A stretch of DNA of 64,000 bases, from NCBI GenBank assembly GCA_951406725.2, contig OX597815.1, forward strand, positions 90,396,001-90,460,000, read 5' to 3'. The DNA is from Octopus vulgaris. Taxonomy: Eukaryota. The position numbers and the translations under genes were made by a program. Positions 1 to 12,329 of this stretch are shown here, piece by piece. The notes under the pieces are model-generated. The model made no database searches. It saw only the letters and a program-made list of their open reading frames with translations, and was not told the origin of the DNA. Position 1 is the first letter of the stretch; the number at the start of each line of letters is the position of its first letter.

Positions 1-1132
1 TTTAAAACCGAATAAATATACTTCCATTCCCTTTAGGCAATTTATTATAATTTCATTAGTGATATAGTGACTGTGTAACAAACAACTTGGTAAAATAGCC
101 CGGTATTTCGTACCTTATTTACTATTGTGTACTGCATTGATGTCTAAGTCGTCTGACAAGTGACTTGGTCGTGAATGCAGCTCACAATCCAGATTATAGT
201 AATATAACTATTAATTAAATAAATGAATCTGTATGCTGACACTAAACTGTATATGCATGTTATTTTAAAAGGAAACTACACTGTCTAAGACTTCGAGCTA
301 ATTTGTGTGTTAAAATATAAGCTTACATGTGTCGTCATATCGCTATAACTCCAGAGAGCAATGAAATAAACATGAATAATTATGGTAGTAATTGACAGTA
401 ACTAAATAACAGTCTAAAAGGACAAAAATTGATGCAAATACTGTTAACATTCTAGACACTAAGTGAATATTCGAAATGCATAAAAATTGGCCAAGTCAAA
501 ATGAAGATATTAGCTTCTGATTAGATACGTTGATCAATCATGGAAACTAATCTGATTAAGGTAGTTGATAGTCTCCGCATATTTGGTAATTAACACCGCG
601 ATTATAAATTGCTCGGAAATTGTTCTCAACGAAAGCAGGCATGTAAACAGAGTTCATCTTAAATAAATTAAAATCATATGAGAAGCAAATTTTCATTTAA
701 ATCACGTCAGTAATAAACCATAAAGATCAACATCAACAAAAATGCATGATGACTCTGATAAAACACATACAAAAAAAAATGATGGATCATAATGTTGTCT
801 TCTAAGAAACTAATCACTTGTGAATTTCACTAGAATCTTCATATATAATTGATATCTGATTTTATCCTATTTTGAATATTATTTTAGCGAGGTTATAATC
901 TCTGGAAATATGTGTATTGTGTTCGCCTCTCTGTCTAAGAAAACCTTTACTTCACTTACAAATATATGTTCAATGATATAGCAGTTCTACTAATACAGAC
1001 AGTGGTAGGATACCAATATTATGGTACCTACAAATAAGAGTGTAAATGATCTATACAGTGGTTATTATTTATATTTGAGATTATGAATGTTTGGCATGTT
1101 ACTTAATTTGAAATCCCACAGTGAAACTGAAA

Positions 1133-1331
1133 ATACTGATTTCAAATTTTCGCACATGAACAACAATTTCCGTGGAGCGTATACATCGGTTACATCAACT
1201 CCAGTATTCAACTGGTACGTATTTTATCGACCCCGAAAAGATGTAACGCAAAAATCGACCTCAGTGGAATTTGAACTCAGGACATAAAGGCGGGCGAAAT
1301 GCCGCTAAGCATTCTGCCAGCTCTCCGCCTT
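1133..1331 (-). mobile_element. tRNA-derived SINE (cephalopod-like), degenerate
   Basis: Minus strand starts aaggcggagagctggcagaatg (A box-like) and has gagttcaaattcc (B box). A related partial copy lies at about 48367-48500. Confidence 0.7.
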
Positions 1332-2457
1332 GAAGTTGAAATTATTGCATGCTGATAGAGCGATGATATCCATTTAAATCACGCACATACCGACATGTTG
1401 TATATTGTAATGGTATAATATAATACATTCAATAAAGTATTTTCTTGCACATTTACTATAAGGTCGTGGAAATAGTTCCATGAACGTGTTGTAGGTGTAT
1501 GGCAAAGTGATTCTACACCAAATACAATTACAATACAACCATTGTGAATATAATGCTGTGTTTCAATATAATGTCGTGTGTGCAATGTCGTGATACGTTA
1601 GAGATTTTCCTATATCTACAATATAACATAATTGATGAGATTAAAAATTTTCAGATATTGACTTTATCTTTCACCCTTTTAAGCCGTATAAAGGTATGCC
1701 TGTAATATACTGGTATGTGTACAATCGATTTTTATCCACTCTAAAAATTTCTTTGAACTATTTCAAAGAACTTAATATTTTATGATCCATTTAATTAACT
1801 GGCATAACTCACATAAACATTTCGTAATGACTGCTTTTATTAACTACTTGTGTCTCTACTTAGAACATTGAACAAATCTCTAAGCTGTTAAATTGTAATG
1901 CATAGAGTTATGTGATGAAAAGGTTATATCAAACATAATAAAACATATTTTATCATTATGCTCTTGTAATTCTATTTATATGTTTAACGGGTTGGCAGCA
2001 ATGGACATACTTGCATGGAAGGTATGGTTCCATTTTGCCAAGAACACGTTTTTTTTTCTTTATAAATAGAAGAGAGCTGAGAAATTTAATTTGATACCAA
2101 TAATGTATTTCCTCATCTCAATCACGTGCACATAGACACTTTTAAGCATTAATTTGTTTGGTAAAAAGATATATTTATGTTGTCCGCTTAAAAGAAATAC
2201 CAACTAAATAGAAACCCTAGGCATGCAAAGGTCGTTATTATTATTCAAAATATTATTATTATCATTATTCAAAACGTTTGATTCGGATTCCGCGCTACTT
2301 CAAATTGGGTAAGCCCCTAACGGAGCCCATTTCCTCAGGTTTGTGGAATAGCTGAATGAACGGACAGGTACAGGAAGTCTAAGATGACTATCGGAGAGGG
2401 CTGCAATTAGTGAAGGAAGGTCACGTGATGTCACAGTTGATGGTATCACTTGGTAAA

Positions 2458-2460
<3 letters not shown>

Positions 2461-2513
<53 letters not shown>

Positions 2514-2531
2514 ATGTATGCATGTATATAT

Positions 2532-2613
<82 letters not shown>
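2461..2613. repeat. (TA)n microsatellite, interrupted
   Basis: Read directly from sequence. It abuts the 3' end of the HHR-bearing element to its right. Confidence 0.98.
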
Positions 2614-2614
<1 letters not shown>

Positions 2615-2842
2615 AATACAAGATGAGAAAATGGAGAAATACATCTAAATCAAATATCAATTACCAGATAATACTCAATCACATACTTTATTAAACCACC
2701 ACATAAGATACTGTAGGGTTAAATATAAAAAGCAGAAGATATCAGTGTACATAAAAGAATGTACATAAAAAAATGTACATAAAAGAGTTATGTTGTATAA
2801 TAAGTAGAATATATATAGCATAGAATATAAATATAAGTATAG

Positions 2843-2982
2843 ATTACATCTTACAGCTGTTTCGGCCATGTAGATACGTATGTCTCATTTTACCAATATT
2901 AGCCTTATATGGTAGGTCAATATATAGATATAAATGAGGCATTTACAAAAATACCATAAGGCCTCTTCGGAGAATATGTAAT
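2843..2982 (-). ncRNA. Type I hammerhead ribozyme-like motif with C4 core variant and a long stem II insert, in a Penelope-like terminal repeat
   Basis: Minus strand reads attacatattct-CCGAAGA-ggcc...(about 96 nt, partly self-complementary)...ggcc-GAAA-cagctg-TA^agatgtaat. Stem III is the palindrome ACAGCTGT. Stem I is tct/aga plus attaca/tgtaat. Confidence 0.65.
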
Positions 2983-3959
2983 ATAAATCAGTCTACATAT
3001 ATACCCACATGGGTGTGGGTGCATACCCATAATACTACATATACATATACATATGAGTGCATATACTCACACTCTTATACATATAAAAATATACATATAC
3101 ATAATGATATAAATAAATAATATAAATTAGTAAACATATATATGTGTTCCACATCCAATGTCTCAGTTTTTCGACTTAATATTGTGATAATAAACATACA
3201 CAAATTAGTACCTAGATGCAAATATATATATTCAATAATACATTATATTACTTCATACTAATTTCTAAAGTGTCATTAAAGTTAGCATCATTATCGTTGT
3301 CAATACCATTAATGTTATCATTATTATCATTCATAATACTATTAATAACGCTTACATTAGGATCCAAAGCGGTACATATGTATGTCCGGGTTCCAGTTAG
3401 TAATTTTCCTTATGACATAAATGCACTATTGGATTTGAATTTAAAATTATCATTATCTTCCTCATGGTTGGTCAATTGAGAGCCGCCCGACCTCCACCAC
3501 ACCGAACAAGCAAAACATACACATCCACATCTAACCCTAAACCTACACATCCACATAGAAACTCACACATACATGCACACACACATGAATACACACCGAC
3601 ACATCTCTACACATTCACAAAATTGTAGAGTGCATGTCTGTCATCGCATGGCTTATGGACAAATCAGTACAGGCAGCAGTGTCTAACACTAACACACACA
3701 CTCACACGCACATCCGCATATACGCATAAATATTAATACGCTTTCCTATACTGTGTCAGGGAACTTTCGCACACACATATATATATATATATTTAAATAT
3801 ATATCTGCGCACTCATACGTACAAATAAAACCTATATTTATATCCACCCATGAATAAATATTCGTATATACATATATACATATCCAAGTACTCACCTGCG
3901 TGCTCATATGTGTAATAAAAACATACATCCGTACATCCACCCACGATCATACCTATATG

Positions 3960-4630
3960 ATCTCCGAGCATCAATCAATGAATCACATTGGATTACAAAA
4001 TCTTATATTCATTATTCTTGTTGACGCCTTCTCATTTATGCTTATACCAATTCAATGTCATTTCAAGAATGTTCTTCTCACTCATTCTCCAATGGACACT
4101 CTTAGCCAAGTTATCATACATCCTTTTGTATGATTTTAGCCTCAATTTGATGAATCACTCACATTGTGTGAAATTGTTTCGTATTTGCTGTCACACATTC
4201 AACAAAGGGGCATTTCACTATTTTTTACCTATTTCGAACTTGGTGTAATTTTTTCTCAGAGATTGTTCCCGGACACTGCATATCAATGCCTCAGTGTATC
4301 CTTTCAAATAATTTTTTTAGCCACCTCCAGGTGCTAGTCTTTCTTTTTCCTTCCATTTCGCTGAGGTATTGCCCATGCATCGCTTTCCTTTTCCAGCTGT
4401 TTAATCTTTGTTCGCGTTCTTATTTGATAAATTTTTCGGTGTGTCATAGTTTTACTAGTTATCTTGTTGCTATTTCTAAAAGCATCAGCCAAAGGTTCAA
4501 TCTACTGTTTCACTTACCATCCAGACTATTTTTCTCATTGGCAACACAGATCTCGCAGACTATGCTATCTTTTCCTCCCTAGTTTCTTGGTAGATACGGT
4601 GTATCGACATCGCTTTTAGGGTGCTTGTCT
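3960..4630 (-). mobile_element. Degenerate Dong/R4-clade (RLE) non-LTR retrotransposon, 3' part
   Basis: Interrupted translation gives HPKSDVDTPYLPRN*GG, PLC*MCDSKYETISH (zinc knuckle) and DNLAKSVHW...WYKHK*EGVNKNNEYKIL. These match the R4/Dong pattern HPxxDxDRLY...CRxC...ETxxH...VHW...KILWD. Confidence 0.75.
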
Positions 4631-5281
4631 TTGTTCATTATAATCACTTGCCTAGTTTTTCTATCTATTTCCTGAAGTTCATCCTTTTTCATCGAACAAC
4701 ACATGCATCATATCACACTAAGGAGACAGGCCATGTAATCAACCTACTTTGTGCCTACAGTAGAAAGTATTATCATTATCATCACCATCATGATCATCGG
4801 CGGCGTCGTCGTTGTTTTTGTTTTTGTCGTTAAACAATGAACAAATTGACTGATCGATATATTAACCAACTGTTTGATCAATTAGCCAATCCATTGGTCG
4901 CCACTGAATACCAAAATTAATTACGCGCGATTTTCCTTACATTCTTATTGTACTTTATCTAGGTTAGATCTACTAACATTTATTCTGAGATATATGTGAG
5001 TCGGTATGTTTGCAAGAACGGATACATTACAACTTCATTGTTGTTAATTGGTTCGAGTGGGGTTTGATTATTACTTGTTTATCTGCGCTGAGTGTATATC
5101 GGTGTGCGTGCGCGAGTATTCTGGAGCCTGCCTGTTATTTTCTGTGATTCTTATTTCTCCACTATATGGTAAATAATTCCACAAAGTTGTAATTATTTTC
5201 TCCTACACAACTCCTTGCATCTACACGTAGCCATCAACATCCACACCCGCCCCAACAAGGCTGCAGTCTAACGACTGAATC

Positions 5282-5315
<34 letters not shown>

Positions 5316-5354
5316 ATATATATAAACATATGATTCAGTCATTATATATATGAC

Positions 5355-5621
5355 AATTTCTATATACTATATTTATAATTATATGCATGATTATATCAAA
5401 GTAATCGGAAAATCTCTTCACACGCTATACATAGACGTCAAACAGCACTAAAAACCACCTTATGTATTTACTATTTTTCATTTGCCCGTTTGCAACGCGT
5501 GCTATAGGAGATATAAGGTGGTTTTTAGTGTCATTTCGCGTCTGTACCTAGAGTGTGGAGAGGTTTTCCAATCGTTTTGATAAAATTATGAATATAATTA
5601 TAAATATAGTATATAGAAATT
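5355..5621. mobile_element. MITE/foldback element with about 110-bp imperfect terminal inverted repeats
   Basis: aatttctatatactatatttataattatat...cactaaaaaccaccttat is mirrored by ataaggtggtttttagtg...atataattataaatatagtatatagaaatt. Confidence 0.75.
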
Positions 5622-5722
5622 TCCTATGAGGTTTTTATTGCACATTGACTTCTTGAGAAAATCATTAAAATGATGTTATCCTTAATTCTATAATTATATA
5701 TATATACATACAGCCACATCAA

Positions 5723-5892
5723 CATACATACATACATACACACATACATACGTACATACATACATACATACATACATACATACATGCATGCATGCATGCA
5801 TACATACATACATACATACATACATACATTCATACGTACATACATACATACATACATACATACATACATACATACATACATACATACACACA
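5723..5892. repeat. (TACA)n microsatellite
   Basis: Read directly from sequence. Confidence 0.95.
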
Positions 5893-5899
5893 GCTTACC

Positions 5900-6240
5900 A
5901 TATGATAGCTCATCAAAGCTGATGAAGACGGTGCAATCCAAGAAACTCATTCTCGTCCACTTCCGTCACATTTTTTTCTCAAGCGAATGGTCATAGACGA
6001 GAGCGGTACTCGATACGCAGATCTTGTGGCACCAAGAGTACTGAAATTGAACGTGATCAAAGCCATAGTGGGTTGGTGATAACTCTTCATCCTCCTATTT
6101 TCATGCAGTCTCCTACCTTACGTCTGAAAACGATCTGCTGCAGTATCACACACGAACCTCCATGCTTTCCGGTTAACAGCCAGATTGGGAGGATACCGCA
6201 TAAAATAATTGGCAGCTTGACATGATCCTGAACATGTTTT
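5900..6240 (-). mobile_element. RTE-clade LINE 3' fragment (same family as 14808-15260)
   Basis: Minus strand translates AVNRKAWRFVCDTA. Its 3' end ...catcagctttgatgagctatcata matches ...catcaaattttgatgcgctatcata at 15237-15260. Confidence 0.65.
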
Positions 6241-6560
6241 GGGGAATAATGCGGTTTGTACTTTCTTTCTAGCTCCCATACTTACAGAGAAAATCGACTA
6301 AAACTGTTCTAATGGAATTCCCCTGTTTGTTCCACCATTAAAACAACCAGTTACTCACAAAGCCGGCTTATACCATTTCACTAGCAACAAGGGGAGTACA
6401 GGATAGCAGTCAGCCAAAACTTTCGTAGTGCTGTCTCTCTCCTTTCACCTCTTTGTGGGGCTGATAATCTTAATCTTTAGTTACAGTTTCTCATTCAAAT
6501 TAGAAGAGGGGACAATCTTTTGATGTCGGCGTGAAGCGGAGGAATTGATGTGTGTCTTTG

Positions 6561-7128
6561 TGATGGGCTGTGCGAGACAGAATGTGTGGTGTGTATGTGA
6601 AGTTTTGCCAGTGTTTGGGAAGAGACAGAGAGAGCAGTAGTGCTGGTGTGTATGTGTGCATGATTGAGAGAGCGAGACAATTGAAATTTTTTATTTACTT
6701 TTTGTAGTGATTGATTGTGTGAGTGATTGACAGAGAAAGATAGATAGATAGATTGATAGAGAGAGAGAGAGAGAGAGATTAAGAGAGAAGGTATGTTTTC
6801 TGTTTTTGATTGTTGTTTGCACGTATGTTTATATAACGGTCTGCTATGTATAACAACAAGCAACACAAAAAACATACCTTCTTTCTCTCTCTCTCTCCCT
6901 CACACGCACATGAACATGTATGCGATAGAAGTACGTACATATGTTTTTGTGTATGTGTCACTGAAGCCACTCACACACATACACACATAAATAACGACTC
7001 TCCTTTTTGTCAATCATTCACACACTACAAAAAGTGAAAAAAAAATTCAGTTATCTCTCTCTGTATCTCTCTCTCTCTCTCTCTCCATTACATACACAGT
7101 ACGCTTTTTGTCTCACACAGCCCCTCAA
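6561..7128. repeat. Long imperfect inverted repeat (about 570-bp foldback)
   Basis: Three nested pairs: gggctgtgcgagaca/tgtctcacacagccc, actttttgtagtg/cactacaaaaagt and gaaggtatgtttt/aaaacataccttc. Confidence 0.6.
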
Positions 7129-7131
7129 ACG

Positions 7132-7171
<40 letters not shown>

Positions 7172-7513
7172 GTGTGTGTGTAAAATTTCCGAAACTTCTC
7201 CGCAGCCACGGAAATGTTTTTCACGACAAATTCCGATATAATCGGAATCCACACCATCTGAGATGTATTTGTTAAAAATTTCATTTAAAAAATATCAATT
7301 TTTCTGGTAGTTAGGGGGGAGAAACCTGTCGTAGTATGCTTAATTAACTATAAACACACTGTCTGGTGATATATAGAATATAAACTGAAGCTAAAATTTA
7401 TTAAAATATTCTTATTGTTTCTTCAAACATTCGACTCGAGAGATAAACACAAACCACCTCATGCTAACTGAAAAAAAAAACTCCCACCAAATTAGCCAGA
7501 AACACACACACAA

Positions 7514-7565
<52 letters not shown>

Positions 7566-7879
7566 ACACACACACACACACGTCCGTTTCATATATTTTC
7601 TTTCATTTGCTCTCTGCAAATAACATTTTTACAGATACAACTGCTTACGAAAATAGGGATTAATGTATAATTTCTTTGAATGTTCATAATTAAATAAATG
7701 TTTTAATGATTAGACAGAGTTCCAATAGAATAGCTCACAGAAACAGACTACGTACAAATTCGTTCTACACAACTCCTGAAGCTGTTTTCTGACAGGAGCG
7801 GGGAGAGTCAGGAAATGTTCATACAGCTGGAGGCTCCAATCGAAACAAGATACCCGAAATGATAAGGTTGAGAAATGCT

Positions 7880-7957
7880 ATTATAGATTATGCCTAACTG
7901 AAAACGATCACAGCCACATCATCCAAACAGACCGGGTGAAACCGGGCTTAGCTACTA

Positions 7958-7958
<1 letters not shown>
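7880..7958 (+). mobile_element. Helitron 3' terminus (5' end not located)
   Basis: Hairpin ccgg-gtgaaa-ccgg (7932-7945) followed 9 nt later by CTAG (7955-7958) and then T. Confidence 0.65.
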
Positions 7959-8022
<64 letters not shown>

Positions 8023-8024
<2 letters not shown>

Positions 8025-8205
8025 GGTCCCGGGTTGAGTCGGGGTTAACCACAGTAAATAAGGTACTCAATACATAGCAGAGTAAAGTAATTTATTTTAT
8101 AGAAGGAGCTTCTACAGGACTAGAACTGTTTCATTCAGATGAAATCTTCAGGAGCTTCCTGAAGATTTCATCTGAATGAAACAGTTCTAGTCCTGTAGAA
8201 GCTCC

Positions 8206-8212
<7 letters not shown>
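8023..8212. mobile_element. Short Penelope-like terminal element with inverted duplication, inserted in (TA)n
   Basis: Bounded by (TA)n at 7959-8021 and 8209-8282. Perfect 56-bp arms 8098-8153 and 8157-8212 surround a 3-nt centre (gct). Each arm carries an HHR core. Confidence 0.8.
8151..8205 (+). ncRNA. Type I hammerhead ribozyme (canonical core)
   Basis: ggagcttc-CTGAAGA-t-ttc(atct)gaa-t-GAAA-cag(ttctagtc)ctg-TA^gaagctcc. Stem I is 8 bp, stem III is ACAG/CTGT, and the predicted cut is after 8197. The mirror copy on the minus strand (about 8105-8158) has a junction-altered stem I. Confidence 0.8.
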
Positions 8213-8283
<71 letters not shown>

Positions 8284-8639
8284 TTATATATATAGGAGGA
8301 ATTACAACCGTGTTTCGTGGTCTGCTACCACAACAGCACGTTTAGAAGGATCAAGTTACCTCAAGACATCATCAGGAGAAACCACGTTTGGTTTCGGCCC
8401 CTACTCCTCTAATGTTTTGACGTGGCGAGGCCACTCTTTTCGGAGGTGTCTGCAGCTTTGGTGTTGGGTGCATGTCTTATATATATATGTGTGAGTTTGG
8501 AGGGATATATTTTCCTGGTGGATACCGTATTAGCTCTCACTTATATTCCAGTTAACAGCTAAACACAACGAGCAGTATCTAACATCTATGTCTACATTTA
8601 GTTGTTAGTCACTCCATGAATTCTTCCGATGAGTAATTC

Positions 8640-9430
8640 CGTGTACTCTTCGCTAGACAATAAAAAATTTCTCAGGTATATATTGGTATTATACATTCGG
8701 CAGTGTAGTAGGCAATTTCCAACATACCTAGCCTCTTCTATACAGCAATAAAAAAAAACACTTTCCTGAAACTAGCAAGTACCACAAAATATTTAATGAG
8801 CATAATGTATGCCTCACCTTTTCCAATAGCCGCAACCTGGCACAAATAATAGCGACACATAATGCAAGAAAACTATACAACGTCCATGGGGATCCTAGTA
8901 ATCCCAATCTAAATAAATAGGGAAGAAATAATTAACCACAAAAGGGACGTAGACGATGAGACTATAGTAGTACGCACAGGGGTAAGTGAGAACTGTCAAA
9001 TAATAACCCTAGCAAATTCTTTCACAAGTATAGAAATAGAAGGACGAACTACTATAAAGAGCGTCATTAAAACTAGGTAATTCAGAAATAATACCGGATC
9101 CGAAAATGAAAGAATAGGTGAGACTTCTAGTGGAGTCAGTAACACTATAAATAATAGAAATAGACAAAGAGGTTTATGCAGTGTGTACTAGACATAAAGT
9201 ATGCTCATTGTACTGAAAATGTAAAACTAAGAACCTAATCTATAGATGCAAAGTTACCTCGGAGGGAAGGGAATACTTTTATATACTGCTAAGACTTATC
9301 GAGTAGGAGGAAATAGATGCGACCTTTGGGTAGAGGAACATTACCAAATATTTACATAAAAATACAGATTTATTAATACAAGAAACGAACAAGCCCTACG
9401 ATGTTTATACAAACACGGTCATAAAAAGTA
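8640..9430 (+). pseudogene. Degenerate Penelope-like element ORF, C-terminal RT/linker and GIY-YIG endonuclease remnant
   Basis: Translates KHFPETSKYHKIFNEHNVCLTFSNSRNLAQIIATHNAR (about 8756-8869), KCKTKNLIYRCKVTSEGREYFYI (about 9217-9285), AKTYRVGGNRCDLWVEE and INTRNEQALRC. These match the PLE pattern HFPxxHKxHKIFNxxxVKxSYS...NxIYxxxV...YIG...RCxLCxxE...LNxRxE. Stops and an internal deletion are present. Confidence 0.75.
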
Positions 9431-9559
9431 AATATCGCTGAAGCAAAGTAGCACCAAATATAGAGTGCGTGTGTTTTTATTGGCTAAACTGGCAAAATGA
9501 CCATTCCTAAATACAACAACAATATACATATATATATATATGTTTACTTCGTAAAAACC

Positions 9560-9873
<314 letters not shown>

Positions 9874-10036
9874 GTTATCGCCATACTAATATGGCATTCT
9901 TATAAAAATAAGAATAAAGCTGTCCGCTTATTAGCTCCATGAGGCCATCGCCTTAAGTTAGCTATTTGATACACAAACTGTATCCATATAACCTTTGAAC
10001 AAGGGAGGTCAGTCGCTCCACACTACTTGGCCGGCA

Positions 10037-10078
10037 GCTACAGAAACGTTTCGGGGTATTGCCCCTTTTCAATGCAGC
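10037..10078 (-). ncRNA. Type I minimal HHR, U3-A8 core, stem III variant ACGTTT
   Basis: gctgca-TTGAAAA-gggg(caata)cccc-GAAA-cgtt-TC^tgtagc. Confidence 0.65.
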
Positions 10079-10399
10079 GTAGCCAGACCAGTAGGTGTCG
10101 CTTCTGACAATCTCTGTTCAAAGGTTTTATTTACCTAGCTTCGGTGGAATACATCCACTTGTTTTCAATAATAGAAATATTAAAATTACTAAGTTTCTCT
10201 AAAAGAGAACAACGGCAGCGTTCCCGGAAAATAATAGTTATCGCCATACTAATATGGCATTCTTATAAAAATAAGAATAAAGCTGTCCGCTTATTAGCTC
10301 CATGAGGCCATCGCCTTAAGTTAGCTATTTGATACACAAACTGTATCCATATAACCTTTGAACAAGGGAGGTCAGTCGCTCCACACTACTTGGCCGGCA

Positions 10400-10441
10400 G
10401 CTACAGACGCGTTTCGGGGTATTGCCCCTTTTCAATGCAGC
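10400..10441 (-). ncRNA. Type I minimal HHR, U3-A8 core, palindromic stem III ACGCGT
   Basis: gctgca-TTGAAAA-gggg(caata)cccc-GAAA-cgcg-TC^tgtagc. Confidence 0.8.
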
Positions 10442-10533
10442 GTAACCAGACCAGTAGGTGTATTCCACCGAAGCTAGGTAAATAAAACCTTTGAACAGAG
10501 ATTGTCAGAAGCGACACCTATTGGTCTGGCTAC

Positions 10534-10575
10534 GCTACATTGAAAAGGGGCAATACCCCGAAACGCTTCTGTAGC
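10534..10575 (+). ncRNA. Type I minimal HHR, U3-A8 core, stem III variant ACGCTT
   Basis: gctaca-TTGAAAA-gggg(caata)cccc-GAAA-cgct-TC^tgtagc. The stem I G.U pair of the other copies is A-U here. Confidence 0.65.
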
Positions 10576-10896
10576 TGCCGGCCAAGTAGTGTGGAGCGAC
10601 TGACCTCCCTTGTTCAAAGGTTATATGGATACAGTTTGTGTATCAAATAGCTAACTTAAGGCGATGGCCTCATGGAGCTAATGAGCGGACAGCTTTATTC
10701 TTATTTTTATAAGAATGCCATATTAGTATGGTGATAACTATTATTTTCCGGGAACGCTGCCGTTGTTCTCTTTTAGAGAAACTAAGTAATTTTAATATTT
10801 CTATTATTGAAAACAAGTGGGTGTATTCCACCGAAGCTAGGTAAATAAAACCTTTGAACAGAGATTGTCAGAAGCGACACCTACTGGTCTGGCTAC

Positions 10897-10938
10897 GCTG
10901 CATTGAAAAGGGGCAATACCCCGAAACGCGTCTGTAGC
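10897..10938 (+). ncRNA. Type I minimal HHR, U3-A8 core, palindromic stem III
   Basis: gctgca-TTGAAAA-gggg(caata)cccc-GAAA-cgcg-TC^tgtagc, predicted cut after 10932. Confidence 0.8.
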
Positions 10939-11259
10939 TGCCGGCCAAGTAGTGTGGAGCGACTGACCTCCCTTGTTCAAAGGTTATATGGATACGGTTT
11001 GTGTATCAAATAGCTAACTTAAGGCGATGGCCTCATGGAGCTAATAAGCGGACAGCTTTATTCTTATTTTTATAAGAATGCCATATTAGTATGGTGATAA
11101 CTATTATTTTCCGGGAACGCTGCCGTTGTTCTCTTTTAGAGAAACTAAGTAATTTTAATATTTCTATTATTGAAAACAAGTGGATGTATTCCACCGAAGC
11201 TAGGTAAATAAAACCTTTGAACAGAGATTGTCAGAAGCGACACCTACTGGTCTGGCTAC

Positions 11260-11301
11260 GCTGCATTGAAAAGGGGCAATACCCCGAAACGCGTCTGTAG
11301 C
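11260..11301 (+). ncRNA. Type I minimal HHR, U3-A8 core, palindromic stem III
   Basis: Identical to 10897-10938, predicted cut after 11295. Confidence 0.8.
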
Positions 11302-11520
11302 TGCCGGCCAAGTAGTGTGGAGCGACTGACCTCCCTTGTTCAAAGGTTATATGGATACAGTTTGTGTATCAAATAGCTAACTTAAGGCGATGGCCTCATG
11401 GAGCTAATAAGCGGACAGCTTTATTCTTATTTTTATAAGAATGCCATATTAGTATGGCGATAACTATTATTTTCCGGGAACGCTGCCGTTGTTCTCTTTT
11501 AGAGAAACTTAGTAATTTTA

Positions 11521-11621
<101 letters not shown>

Positions 11622-12217
11622 GTCACATCACTCCTAGTGCGCTGGTGCTAACATGTAACCAGTCTGACACATGGTCCGGCCATCGGCGTCTAAACCAGCG
11701 ACCCGAAAATGCATGCTTAGTAAGCAGGGTGGTTTTTGTTGAACACCCTGCAGGATGAAACGCAAAGAATAAAATGAACGGCTAATGAACCATCGGGAAT
11801 GATGGAACCCTAGCTGATGTTACACCATTATTCCAGGGGAGGGATTCTAATGTAAAACGTGGTTTCGTGACATTACAAGTTATCTGTGTTCAGACTGTCA
11901 CTAGGTACTAATCAGAGACTCAGAGAGAGTTACTCTCATTGTAGAATCGTTTATTACTATAATTCACAGACGTACAGGTGTTTATTGATGGTGATCTAAT
12001 TAGAGTCCATCTACCGAAAGCGCCACGCTGTTGGAAGAACAGTGACTTGTGCAGGCCTTACCCATGAACCAGTGAGAAGTTTGAAGTTGAGTCAAAACTT
12101 TGATGGAGCAACCGCTACACATACACACGCACACACACTCGCACACACGCACACACGCACAAACACACATAAACATACACGTATACACTCCCATATACAT
12201 ACAAACATACGTATATG

Positions 12218-12294
<77 letters not shown>

Positions 12295-12329
12295 TATCTA
12301 TTTTATCTATATGGACCAGAGTATTTGAT

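Noticed and set aside
8293-8470. Minus-strand CTGATGA and two stem-GAAA-stem motifs (ggccgaaaccaaacgtggtt; accacgaaacacggttgta)
   Set aside because: No consistent stem I/II could be built. It is probably a decayed PLE terminus and is not called as an HHR.
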